Source of the DNA: Acidobacteriota bacterium
Lineage (GTDB): Bacteria > Acidobacteriota > CAIWXX01
DNA length: 64,000 nt
Assembly: GCA_040755995.1 (NCBI GenBank)
Contig: JBFMAF010000016.1
Span: forward strand, 32,001-96,000
Direction: 5' to 3'
Shown here: positions 9,231-17,810 of the stretch, piece by piece
How the letters are laid out: each line of letters begins with the position of its first letter
How positions within the stretch are numbered: position 1 is the first letter of the stretch
Notes under the pieces: generated by a model
Seen by the model: only the letters and a program-made list of their open reading frames with translations
What the model was told of the DNA's origin: nothing
Databases searched by the model: none
Position numbers and translations under genes: made by a program

Positions 9231-10112
9231 ATGCAGGGAGAGGGTTACTCGCCGCAGGTACTGGCGGAGCTTCTGAAGGCGCAGAAGACCGAGGTTACGG
9301 AATACTGTACCTACCTGCGCCTGGCGAAATCGGTCAAGGACTCGAAGAACGCGGAGATCCTGTTGAGGATAGGAAACGATGAGGGGCGTCATGCGGAGCT
9401 CTGGGAGAAGTATACCGGCAGGCGGCCGGGCCCGGATCGCTTCCGACTGGCATTCTACACCTGGTTAGCCCGCATACTCGGGCTTACCTTCGGCTTGAGA
9501 CTGATGGAACGCGGTGAGGAGCGGGCGCAGATCAACTACGAGCGGATCATGAAAGAGATCCCGGAAGGCCGGCAGATCCATCAGGAAGAGAAGCGCCACG
9601 AGAACGAGCTGATCGGCATGATCCAGGAGGAGCGACTGGCTCACCTTGGCTCGATCGTGTTGGGTCTGAATGACGCGCTGGTGGAGCTTACCGGAGCGCT
9701 CGCCGGGATGACCTTTGCTCTTCAGAACAGCCGGCTGGTGGCCGTGGCCGGCCTCGTAACCGGGTTTGCCGCGAGCCTCTCAATGGCCGCATCCGAGTAT
9801 CTCTCGCAGAAATCCGAAGGCAACACGGAGGGCGCCTTCAAGGCAGCGGCGTACACGGGCTTCGCCTATATCGTGACGGTGATTCTGCTGGTCCTCCCGT
9901 ATCTGCTCCTCGGCGGGCTCTACCTATCGCTCGGCGTCACGCTCATCACCGCGATCCTCATCATCGCGGCCTTCAACTTCTACATCTCGGTGGCCAAGGA
10001 TCTGCCCTTCGGCCGGCGCTTCGCCGAAATGGCGATACTGAGCCTGACCGTCGCCGTGCTCACGTTCTCGGTGGGATACCTGCTCCGAGCAACGCTCGGT
10101 GTCGAGGATTGA
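9231..10112 (+). CDS. VIT1/CCC1 family transporter with N-terminal rubrerythrin/ferritin-like domain
   Basis: DEGRHA and EEKRHE ExxH motifs; GSIVLGLNDALVE and SLSMAASEYLS VIT1 motifs; start could also be 9201 or 9207. Confidence 0.9.
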   Translation: MQGEGYSPQVLAELLKAQKTEVTEYCTYLRLAKSVKDSKNAEILLRIGNDEGRHAELWEKYTGRRPGPDRFRLAFYTWLARILGLTFGLRLMERGEERAQINYERIMKEIPEGRQIHQEEKRHENELIGMIQEERLAHLGSIVLGLNDALVELTGALAGMTFALQNSRLVAVAGLVTGFAASLSMAASEYLSQKSEGNTEGAFKAAAYTGFAYIVTVILLVLPYLLLGGLYLSLGVTLITAILIIAAFNFYISVAKDLPFGRRFAEMAILSLTVAVLTFSVGYLLRATLGVED

Positions 10113-10265
10113 TCACAGAGCAGACAAGACCGATCGTGGCCGGCGCTCTATAGGCGTCTTTCCGCACACACCACCAGGCCACTCTCCGCTCTCGACGCGA
10201 GGCGGGGCCAAGACAACCTCACATGCGTCATCGGCCTCAGGCCGCGCCTCGCCCGGCGGCGGGCG

Positions 10266-11045
10266 CTATGGCTCGCTGCGAAAGAGGAGCTGCAGCTGGC
10301 AGAGCGAGAGCCTGTCGCCGTTCTCGAGCGGGTACAGGACTCCCTGCTGCGCGAGCTTCACGCCGTTAATGAACGTCCCGTTCATTGCGCCGACCTCTTC
10401 GCTCAGAAAGAACTTGCCGTCCCGGTATGTGATCCGCGCGTGCCTGCGCGATATGTGGCGGGAGACGTCTTCGGCGGAGAGGTCGATTTCGGGACGCATC
10501 CCGGTGACGTGATCGAGGCGCCCGATCACCGAGCTCTCCTTGGTGATCGTGAAGACCCGGCCCGATCCCTCGACGACGACGCTCCCTCGGATTCGAGGCG
10601 GGACGACCTCGGGCGCCTGAGGTGTCACGAGGGCGCGCGGCGGAATCATGTCGTCGACCCCGGCGAGCGTCGCGCCGGCGGCCGCGAGCTCTTCGATCCG
10701 CCGGTTCGCCTCCCGCAGCCGCGTGCAATACTTCCGCAGCATGCGGACCGCGATCTCGGGATTCGCGCGGATCATGTCGGCGAATGTGGGTGGGTCGATC
10801 GAGAGGAGCTCGGAGTCCTCGACCGCCTCGGCCGAGGCCGATCGGGGCTGGTGCTCGAACAGCGCCATTTCCCCGAAGAAATCCCCCTTCTCGAGCACCG
10901 CGAATTCCACGCTCTGCGAGCCCACCTCCCTGAATATGCGGATCCGGCCCGAATGGATGATGTACATGTTCTCGCCCGGGTCGTCCTGGCTGAAGATGCG
11001 GGACCCCTTGGCGAAGCTCACTTTGTACTTGCTGAACTCCTTCAT
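10266..11045 (-). CDS. Cyclic-nucleotide-binding plus FHA domain protein
   Basis: GDFFGEMAL...PRSASA (cNMP); IGR...ISRRHA...NGTFING (FHA). Confidence 0.9.
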   Translation of the reverse strand: MKEFSKYKVSFAKGSRIFSQDDPGENMYIIHSGRIRIFREVGSQSVEFAVLEKGDFFGEMALFEHQPRSASAEAVEDSELLSIDPPTFADMIRANPEIAVRMLRKYCTRLREANRRIEELAAAGATLAGVDDMIPPRALVTPQAPEVVPPRIRGSVVVEGSGRVFTITKESSVIGRLDHVTGMRPEIDLSAEDVSRHISRRHARITYRDGKFFLSEEVGAMNGTFINGVKLAQQGVLYPLENGDRLSLCQLQLLFRSEP

Positions 11046-11056
11046 ATGGCCGTTCC

Positions 11057-13168
11057 TTACAGCGCGAGGTCGCGCAGGTACCTCTGCGCCGCCTCGGCCA
11101 CCGGTTTCCCGTCGTGGTTGGTGACGGTGGCGCGCGCATACGCCGCGGCTTGACGGAAGGCGTCTCCCGCTTCCTTCTTGTACCCGAGCTGCAACAAAAT
11201 TCTACCCTTGTAGTAAGCTGCCGTCCCGTCGCAGATTCCCCAATCGCCGCCGATCTGGGCCCGCTGCATCTCGGAGTAGGCTCCGGCGTAATCGTTGGCA
11301 TGCATGAGACACTGCGCGAGCAGGAAGTGCGCCACGCCGTTGGTACCTCCCTTGATCGCCACCCCCAGCTCGGCCATCACCTTAGAATATAGAATATCGC
11401 TGGCGTTGAGTGGTAGTTCCTGCGGAGACTTGCCGACCGTGACCTCGACCGCGCGGGCCGGCGAGTCTCTCTTGGCGTCCCGGACTTTGAGGGCGATCTT
11501 GTCTCCGGGTCGCGCCAAAGCGAGCGCGTTCTGCAGGTCTGCCGATGTGGCGACGACCTTGCCTGAGACCTCCAGTATCTCCTGCCCGACGCTCAGGCGC
11601 GCGGCGGCGGCCGGGCCCTCCGGAAGCATGGAGAGGACGACCGGGCCCGTGCGTCCGACCAGATCGACCGTGCGGCACCCGATCCAGCTCCGGTACATCG
11701 AGAACGGGCGGTTGAGCAAAGTGACGACGTTCTTGATCTCATCCTCCAACGGCTTTACATAGATCGACTCGACCGAAGGCGAGAGCGGTGTAGCGAAACA
11801 GAGGAAGAGGTTCTCCTGTATCCTCTCCTTCGACAGGAAGGCGACGCATGCCATCTCGGCCTTCGAGTCGGCACAGAGCTTGCTGACGCTCTCCTGGAAG
11901 AGCTTCTTGTCATCCTCCCCCTTGCCCCGGTCCATTCCCAGGAAGCTGTTCGGAGCCATCCCCACTCGCCGCAGCAGCTTGAGACCGCTGTCATGGTCGT
12001 TGAACAGGACGTTGAGGGTCGTGACGGTCGCGAGCGCGCCGGCGAGCTGCTCCTCGCGCTCTCGCGCCGTGGCCTCCAGCGCCGGCTCGGAGAAGATGCC
12101 GAGGAACACGAGGGTCGGGCGCGCCACGGCCTCCAGCGTGACGCTCTGGTTCCGCGCGACGACGATCTCCTGCCTGTACTTGCCGGCGGGGAAAGAGACT
12201 TCCACCGTGTGGGCGCCCGAACAAACCTTCGCGTTTGTCACGGGCAGCCGCCCCAAGGAAGTCCCTCCGTCGAGCGTGGCTTCGCCGGCCGCGCCGGAGG
12301 TGATGGTGAGCGTTCCGGTGCTGGATTCGAGCTCGATCGTTGGTATTTCGAGATCCTGGATGGACTCGATGTTGACGGCGCGCACGGTGGGTTCATAGCA
12401 GGGGCGCTTGAGCTCGAGGATATGCCGTCCGAGCGTGAGCCCGTCGATCAGGAGCGCTCGTGAGACGTCTGCCTCCCCTGGCGGTGTCTTGCCCGCCGCC
12501 TGGCCATCGATGGTGACCTCCACCTCGGCCGGCTTCGTGGTGACGCTGAGGGAGGCGGCGGTACGCACAAGCGGATAGGCCCTGATCAGCGTCTCCTTCG
12601 AGACCACCGTGATATCCTCGGTGATCTCCTGGAAGCCCTTCCGGCTCACCCGCATCTTGTGCGCTCCGGCCACCACCGGGAGGTCGATGAGGTTGGTTGC
12701 GCCGATCTCACTGGAGTCGAGATACACGGTGGCTCCCTGAGGCTCGGTCGTCACGCGCAGAAACCCGACGATGTTCTTGCGGAGATTCTCGAACAGCCCG
12801 TAGAACTTCGGAGACACCTCCGTCCGATTGATGGTGTAACCCGGGTCGATCGCTATGAGCGAGCGGAGGTCGGCGTCGCACGAGGCGTCGTCCCCGCTGT
12901 TGAAATGCGCGCGGGCGCGGTATTCGAGCGACTTCTTCAGAAGCAGCGTCTCGTCCGGCGATCGACCTTGCTTGCCAAGGAGCGCGTCCATGATCTTGTT
13001 GAATTCGGGGATGCACGCAGGCTGGTTCGGGGAATCGAAGATTTCCTTGGCGGTGGAGAAGACGCCCTGGAGCGTCGCCATGTCCATGTCCGCCTCCTGC
13101 GCGCAGGCGAGAGGAGGAAGAGCGACGAGCGGGGATATGAGGAAGAGGAGGCGAAGGAGCGTCTTCAT
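11057..13168 (-). CDS. Secreted PEGA-repeat, PDZ and TPR protein
   Basis: Signal peptide; VTTEPQGATVYLD and VTTKPAEVEVTIDG PEGA repeats; GPAAAARL..GQEILEVSG PDZ; C-terminal TPR; ATGA overlap with the upstream gene. Confidence 0.8.
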   Translation of the reverse strand: MKTLLRLLFLISPLVALPPLACAQEADMDMATLQGVFSTAKEIFDSPNQPACIPEFNKIMDALLGKQGRSPDETLLLKKSLEYRARAHFNSGDDASCDADLRSLIAIDPGYTINRTEVSPKFYGLFENLRKNIVGFLRVTTEPQGATVYLDSSEIGATNLIDLPVVAGAHKMRVSRKGFQEITEDITVVSKETLIRAYPLVRTAASLSVTTKPAEVEVTIDGQAAGKTPPGEADVSRALLIDGLTLGRHILELKRPCYEPTVRAVNIESIQDLEIPTIELESSTGTLTITSGAAGEATLDGGTSLGRLPVTNAKVCSGAHTVEVSFPAGKYRQEIVVARNQSVTLEAVARPTLVFLGIFSEPALEATAREREEQLAGALATVTTLNVLFNDHDSGLKLLRRVGMAPNSFLGMDRGKGEDDKKLFQESVSKLCADSKAEMACVAFLSKERIQENLFLCFATPLSPSVESIYVKPLEDEIKNVVTLLNRPFSMYRSWIGCRTVDLVGRTGPVVLSMLPEGPAAAARLSVGQEILEVSGKVVATSADLQNALALARPGDKIALKVRDAKRDSPARAVEVTVGKSPQELPLNASDILYSKVMAELGVAIKGGTNGVAHFLLAQCLMHANDYAGAYSEMQRAQIGGDWGICDGTAAYYKGRILLQLGYKKEAGDAFRQAAAYARATVTNHDGKPVAEAAQRYLRDLAL

Positions 13169-14661
13169 TTGAGCACCCATATGCCGGCGGACTTGTCGTC
13201 CCACACATAGATCTCACCGGAGTCGGTGATGGCCATCTCCCTCGGCGCGCGCATGGTGGGGACCACGCACTGGTACAGCAGCTTTCCGTCTCGATCGAAG
13301 ATGTGGACGGCGTGGAGGTCCTTGTCGAGAACGTAGAGGTGGCCGAACGCGTCGAAGCGAATGCGCGAGGGTGACTGGAACGCGTAGCCCGGCCCCTGAC
13401 TGGCTACCGTAACGACCAGCTTGCCTCGCCGGTCGTAGATATTGATCTTCTTTTCGCGCTTGAAGAGCAACGCGATCCGGTCGTACAGGTCGATCGACAT
13501 TGCCTCGACACCCCCGTCCAGCGACGGGGCGTAAACGGAATCGAAGCCGAAGCTGCTGGTGTAGTGGAGGACCTTTCCGTCGCCCCCTTCCAGCAGATAA
13601 AAGTCCCCGTAAGATGTGCGGAAGACGTCCCGGGCCTTCTCCACGATCTCGCTCTCACGCTTCGTCCCCTTCAGGTACGACAGCGGGCGGAAGGTGTCGC
13701 GCGCTGCGATTCCGGTGGAGTCGGCCACGTAGTAGCCGCCGCCCGAATCGATGAAAATCCCGGCCGGCTCGCGCGCGTTGAACCCGCCGGTGACCCGCAG
13801 GTCGCTGTCGATTGTGCGAATCCGCTGTGCCTTCGGGTCGGAGAAGTAGAGCAGCTGGTTCGAGTCGAATGCGAGCCCGGCGCAGTCCTCGACGGGGGTC
13901 GTCCCCTTGATGGTAGCCAGGGTTTGGTTCTTGAACATTCCCGCCGGATCGACTCTCGGCTGGTAGTAGAGCCGCCAGAGCAACGAGTTCCAGCGCAGGG
14001 CAACAGCTGCTTCCGATTTCTTCGGATAGAGGTCGCGCTCTCTCTGGATCTCCAGCATGGCTCGCTCGACCCTGCCTCGGAAGAACATCGCCTTGCCGAG
14101 CGCAAGCTGCGCACCCGGAGCTGCGGTGCCGAGCGGGTAGTCGGTCGTGCAGCGCTCGAGGTAGTCTGAGGCGGGCTCGTAGTGCTGCAACCGGATCTCC
14201 GTTATCCCCGCCTGGTAGAGCGCCTGCTCGACCGCTGGACTACTCGGGTAGAACTGGACGGTCCGGAGGAAGTTTGCAAGCCCGTCCTGTAGCTGCTGTT
14301 CGCTCGTCGCGGATTCGGTCAGCACCAGTCCTTTCCACAGGTAAGCATCCGCCGCAGTCTCCTTCCCCTGGAACTCCCGGATGATCCTCTCGAATTGCTC
14401 GGACGCTTTCTGAGGCGAACGCTCGACCCTGAAGTAGTACTTCCCAAGTTCGAGCAACGCGTTGTCGGCGTACGTGGACTGGGGGAAGGAAGAGAGCAGC
14501 GACTGGAAATCCTGGATCGCCTGCTGGTATAACTTCTCCCCCATCAGCTTGAGCCCGTTGAGATAGAGCTTCTCCGCCATCGCCTCCGGCGGATTCTGCT
14601 GGGCGAGGGAGACCAGTGGAAGAAGCAGCGAGAGAATAGCCGCGCGCAGACTGACTTTCAT
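13165..14661 (-). CDS. Secreted TPR (BamD/YbgF-like) plus NHL beta-propeller protein
   Basis: Signal peptide; FPQSTYADNALLELG-type TPRs; FQSPSRIRFDAFGHLYVLD NHL repeats. Confidence 0.82.
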   Translation of the reverse strand: MKVSLRAAILSLLLPLVSLAQQNPPEAMAEKLYLNGLKLMGEKLYQQAIQDFQSLLSSFPQSTYADNALLELGKYYFRVERSPQKASEQFERIIREFQGKETAADAYLWKGLVLTESATSEQQLQDGLANFLRTVQFYPSSPAVEQALYQAGITEIRLQHYEPASDYLERCTTDYPLGTAAPGAQLALGKAMFFRGRVERAMLEIQRERDLYPKKSEAAVALRWNSLLWRLYYQPRVDPAGMFKNQTLATIKGTTPVEDCAGLAFDSNQLLYFSDPKAQRIRTIDSDLRVTGGFNAREPAGIFIDSGGGYYVADSTGIAARDTFRPLSYLKGTKRESEIVEKARDVFRTSYGDFYLLEGGDGKVLHYTSSFGFDSVYAPSLDGGVEAMSIDLYDRIALLFKREKKINIYDRRGKLVVTVASQGPGYAFQSPSRIRFDAFGHLYVLDKDLHAVHIFDRDGKLLYQCVVPTMRAPREMAITDSGEIYVWDDKSAGIWVLK

Positions 14662-14668
14662 GCGCCGC

Positions 14669-14697
14669 ATTATATACCAATTTGCGGCGCTTGTCTG
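14669..14697 (-). promoter_or_regulatory. Putative promoter producing a leaderless transcript of the TPR-NHL operon
   Basis: Minus strand CAGACA-N17-TATAAT, ending 7 nt before the ATG at 14661; no Shine-Dalgarno. Confidence 0.5.
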
Positions 14698-14848
14698 GCC
14701 CAGTCGCCACGACTGCGAGACAAGCGGCCAGAGCCGGCCGCAGGTGCAGTGACGGCGCGCACAGCCGCACGCCCCGGCCGTCTCAGGGAGCTAGTACACA
14801 TCCGGGTCGAAGGGGTCTATCAGGATGACGCTGGTGATCGATGGAGGC

Positions 14849-16786
14849 ATGATGATGCGTAGCAACGGATTCAAGCACATCCTGGGGTGTCTGCTAGTCG
14901 TTGCCGGCGCGCCGCTGGCGACGCAGGCAGCACACCACTGGGCGCGTGTGATCGGGGGAAACGGCAGCGATATACCGCGTTCGGTGCAGCAGACGAGCGA
15001 CGGAGGGTACGTTCTCGCAGGGATTACCTGGGGAAGCTTCGGCGGCGACCAGGACGCGTGGCTGGTGAAGCTGGATGCGTCCGGTGTCGTCAGTTGGCAG
15101 AAGACCTTCGGAGGCGCCGGATCGGACTGGGCGAGGTCTGTGCGGCAGACAGCAGACGGCGGCTACTATCTCGGCTGCTACAGCTTGGCGTTCGGCAACG
15201 GCGTCGAAGCCTGGGTGCTCAGGCTGGACTCGGCCGGGAGTGTTGTGTGGCAAAGGACCTACGGGGGGACATCCGACGACTATCTGGACTCGTTGGAAGT
15301 GACGGGAGACGGGGGTTGCGTTTTCACAGGAGACACGACCAGCTTCGGTGCCGGGGGGAGCAATGCATGGGCCGTCAAGCTCTCCCCCGACGGGACCGTC
15401 AACTGGGCGAAGAGGAGATACGTGGACCAGAATGAGTCGGGAGTCGATATCACGCCGGATGGGAGCGGGGGATACGCGATGCTGGCTGACGCAGCGGGAG
15501 GCGGCGGAGACAGAGACGCATGGTTCACGCGGCTGGATTCGAACGGGAACTTCGTCAACAACACCAGGCATCTGATCGGATCGATCCGAAGCGAGGTGCC
15601 CCAGGCGATTGATCGCTCCGGCGACGGCGGCTGGTATGTGTCCGGCTATGTGCCAGTCCCCGGCAATGCCAATGATGGACTCCTCATGAAACTGAACTCC
15701 ACCGGCAGCCCGGTGTGGCAGAAGCACGTAGGTGGGCCGGGTGACGACCACTTTCGCGCCGGGCAGTCAACGTCAGACGGCGGATACGTGGCCGTCGGCG
15801 AGTCGAACAATAACGGCATCGACGCCGACGATCTGTGGGTCGTGAAGTTCGACTCCTCGGGCAGTGTCGTGTGGCAGAGAACATATGGCGGCGTGAGTGG
15901 CGAGTCCGGAGCCGATATCTGCCAGACCAGCGACGGAGGATACGTTGTCGCTGGCGAGACCACATCGTATGGCAACGCCAAGGAAGTATTCATTCTCCGA
16001 CTCTCACCGAACGGAGAGATCGACCCGTCATGCGGCGGGCTGATCCAGGATCCGGCTCTCGCCTCGGCCGACTGGGGCGTGAGTGATGACACCGGCTTCA
16101 CGAGTTGGACCGCGAACACGACCGTCACTGTCGCAACTCCGGCATATGCCACGAACAACACGAACGCCGGGAACACGGTGCTCTGTGTTTCCACGTGCCA
16201 GGTGAGCTGTTCCGCGACCGTGCCCGCGGCCGGTGTCGCGGGCAACGCTGTTGCGTTTCAGGCGAATGCCACCCTGGTGGATTGCGACGGGCTGAGCGTT
16301 TCCTACTCGTGGACCTTCGGCGACGGCGGCAGTTCCGCCGCGCAGAACCCGTCGCATATCTACGGCTCAGCAGGCACCTATCCGTGGACACTGACTGCCA
16401 GCGGTCCGGGCGCGACACCTTGTCTGCAGTCCGGCTTGATCACGATCTCAACCACCGCGATGCCGGATCTCACGGGCACATGGACAAGCGTCAAGAAGAA
16501 GCGCGGCAAAGTGAATGCGAAGCTCAGCTCCCAGAACACTGGGTTGGGTGAAGCCGGGAGCTTCACCGTGAAGGTCTATTTCTCCAACAAGGTCACGATC
16601 GGCCGGAAGTCGAAGCTGCTGAAGACTCAGGCAGTCTCCTCTCTTACCCCGGGCGGCAGCGTCCTGATCGCCGTCAAGGCCACCCCGACGCGCAAGCACA
16701 AGTACATCGTAGCGGTCGTAGACTCCGCCGGAGCCGTCGCCGAGACAAACGAGGCCAACAACGCGATTGCCAAGACGCTTCCTTGA
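14849..16786 (+). CDS. Secreted beta-propeller repeat protein with PKD and CARDB-like C-terminal domains
   Basis: GGAGG RBS; signal peptide; repeats QTSDGGYVLAG...WLVKLD..G.V.WQ.TYGG; YSWTFGDG PKD; AVVDSAGAVAETNEANN CARDB. Confidence 0.85.
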   Translation: MMMRSNGFKHILGCLLVVAGAPLATQAAHHWARVIGGNGSDIPRSVQQTSDGGYVLAGITWGSFGGDQDAWLVKLDASGVVSWQKTFGGAGSDWARSVRQTADGGYYLGCYSLAFGNGVEAWVLRLDSAGSVVWQRTYGGTSDDYLDSLEVTGDGGCVFTGDTTSFGAGGSNAWAVKLSPDGTVNWAKRRYVDQNESGVDITPDGSGGYAMLADAAGGGGDRDAWFTRLDSNGNFVNNTRHLIGSIRSEVPQAIDRSGDGGWYVSGYVPVPGNANDGLLMKLNSTGSPVWQKHVGGPGDDHFRAGQSTSDGGYVAVGESNNNGIDADDLWVVKFDSSGSVVWQRTYGGVSGESGADICQTSDGGYVVAGETTSYGNAKEVFILRLSPNGEIDPSCGGLIQDPALASADWGVSDDTGFTSWTANTTVTVATPAYATNNTNAGNTVLCVSTCQVSCSATVPAAGVAGNAVAFQANATLVDCDGLSVSYSWTFGDGGSSAAQNPSHIYGSAGTYPWTLTASGPGATPCLQSGLITISTTAMPDLTGTWTSVKKKRGKVNAKLSSQNTGLGEAGSFTVKVYFSNKVTIGRKSKLLKTQAVSSLTPGGSVLIAVKATPTRKHKYIVAVVDSAGAVAETNEANNAIAKTLP

Positions 16787-16899
16787 GGGGCGCGGAATGC
16801 GCCCGTGCATCACTGCGCGACTGCGCGGTGTCGAGGGTGCTGCGGCCACCCGCGAGCTTCACACTACCGCACGTTCGAGACTATCTCGGCATATGTTAG

Positions 16900-17052
<153 letters not shown>

Positions 17053-17164
17053 AGCAGCGTCTCATGCGGGCTAGTCGGCTGGCGAGTGACTCCAGCTGGG
17101 GATTGGAGCCAATTCCCACGTCTCAATTCGTCGCGCTCACTGGAACTTGCAGCGGAGGAGCGCG

Positions 17165-17494
17165 ATGACATATGGCACCCAGAACCAGGCAGCCCACGAC
17201 CCATGCACCGCCTGCTCGAGTCTGAGGGACAAAGAGTACGCTTTTCAGAAATACGGCGCGGAAGAAGACAACACCTACTTGCCGGCTGCCGCCGGCGACC
17301 TGAAAGTGGTGCGTGATTTCCGACCGTACGACAGCCGGAAGCTGCAACTTCGGCAGTGTTCCCAGTGCGGTACCTACTACCTCTACAGGACCGACTACGA
17401 GTACCTGGTCAACGGCAGCGAAGATGAGGAATTCCTGACGCGACTGACACAGGAACAAGCGGCTGAGTATCTGAGCCAGACGCCACCGGCTTGA
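17165..17494 (+). CDS. Small hypothetical protein with two CxxC pairs (possible zinc binding)
   Basis: GGAGGA RBS; CTAC and CSQC motifs. Confidence 0.7.
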   Translation: MTYGTQNQAAHDPCTACSSLRDKEYAFQKYGAEEDNTYLPAAAGDLKVVRDFRPYDSRKLQLRQCSQCGTYYLYRTDYEYLVNGSEDEEFLTRLTQEQAAEYLSQTPPA

Positions 17495-17551
17495 TCTCAG
17501 CGGCAAGCACGATCATCAACATCGCCTCAGGCGAACTGCGCCCCCCACCCC

Positions 17552-17650
17552 ATGAGTTCCGTCACAGTGGGAGCTCACAAGGACGAGGTCAAGCCTACGA
17601 CACCAGCAAGGCCACCATCAGCTTTCAGCCGGGCAATCCCCTCCCGGCAC
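17552..17650 (+). pseudogene. Frameshifted DUF1801/YdhG-like fragment
   Basis: MSSVTVGAHKDEVK, frameshift, then YDTSKATISFQPGNPLP, resembling the DUF1801 C-terminal motif (YxTSKGTIRF..D.PLP). Confidence 0.55.
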
Positions 17651-17699
17651 GAACAGCAGTGCCACCGGATGTTTGGCCACAGGACGAAGGCACCCGCCG

Positions 17700-17810
17700 C
17701 CGTCACCGAGGCTCGCCGACGAGGACGAAGGGGGCCCACGAGCACTGTCGGCCGCGGCGACTCGTCGATCTCCGTCACCGAGGCTCGCCGACGAGGACGA
17801 AGGGGGCCCA
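17700..17810. repeat. 39-bp exact direct repeat duplicating the 3' end of the CHAT gene
   Basis: ccgtcaccgaggctcgccgacgaggacgaagggggccca at 17700-17738 and 17772-17810. Confidence 0.9.

Noticed and set aside
10266..11045. Crp/Fnr transcription factor
   Set aside because: The C-terminal domain is FHA, not an HTH
17700..17810. 39-bp repeat with a 33-bp spacer as a mini CRISPR array
   Set aside because: Only two copies, the repeat is the coding 3' end of the CHAT gene, and there are no cas genes
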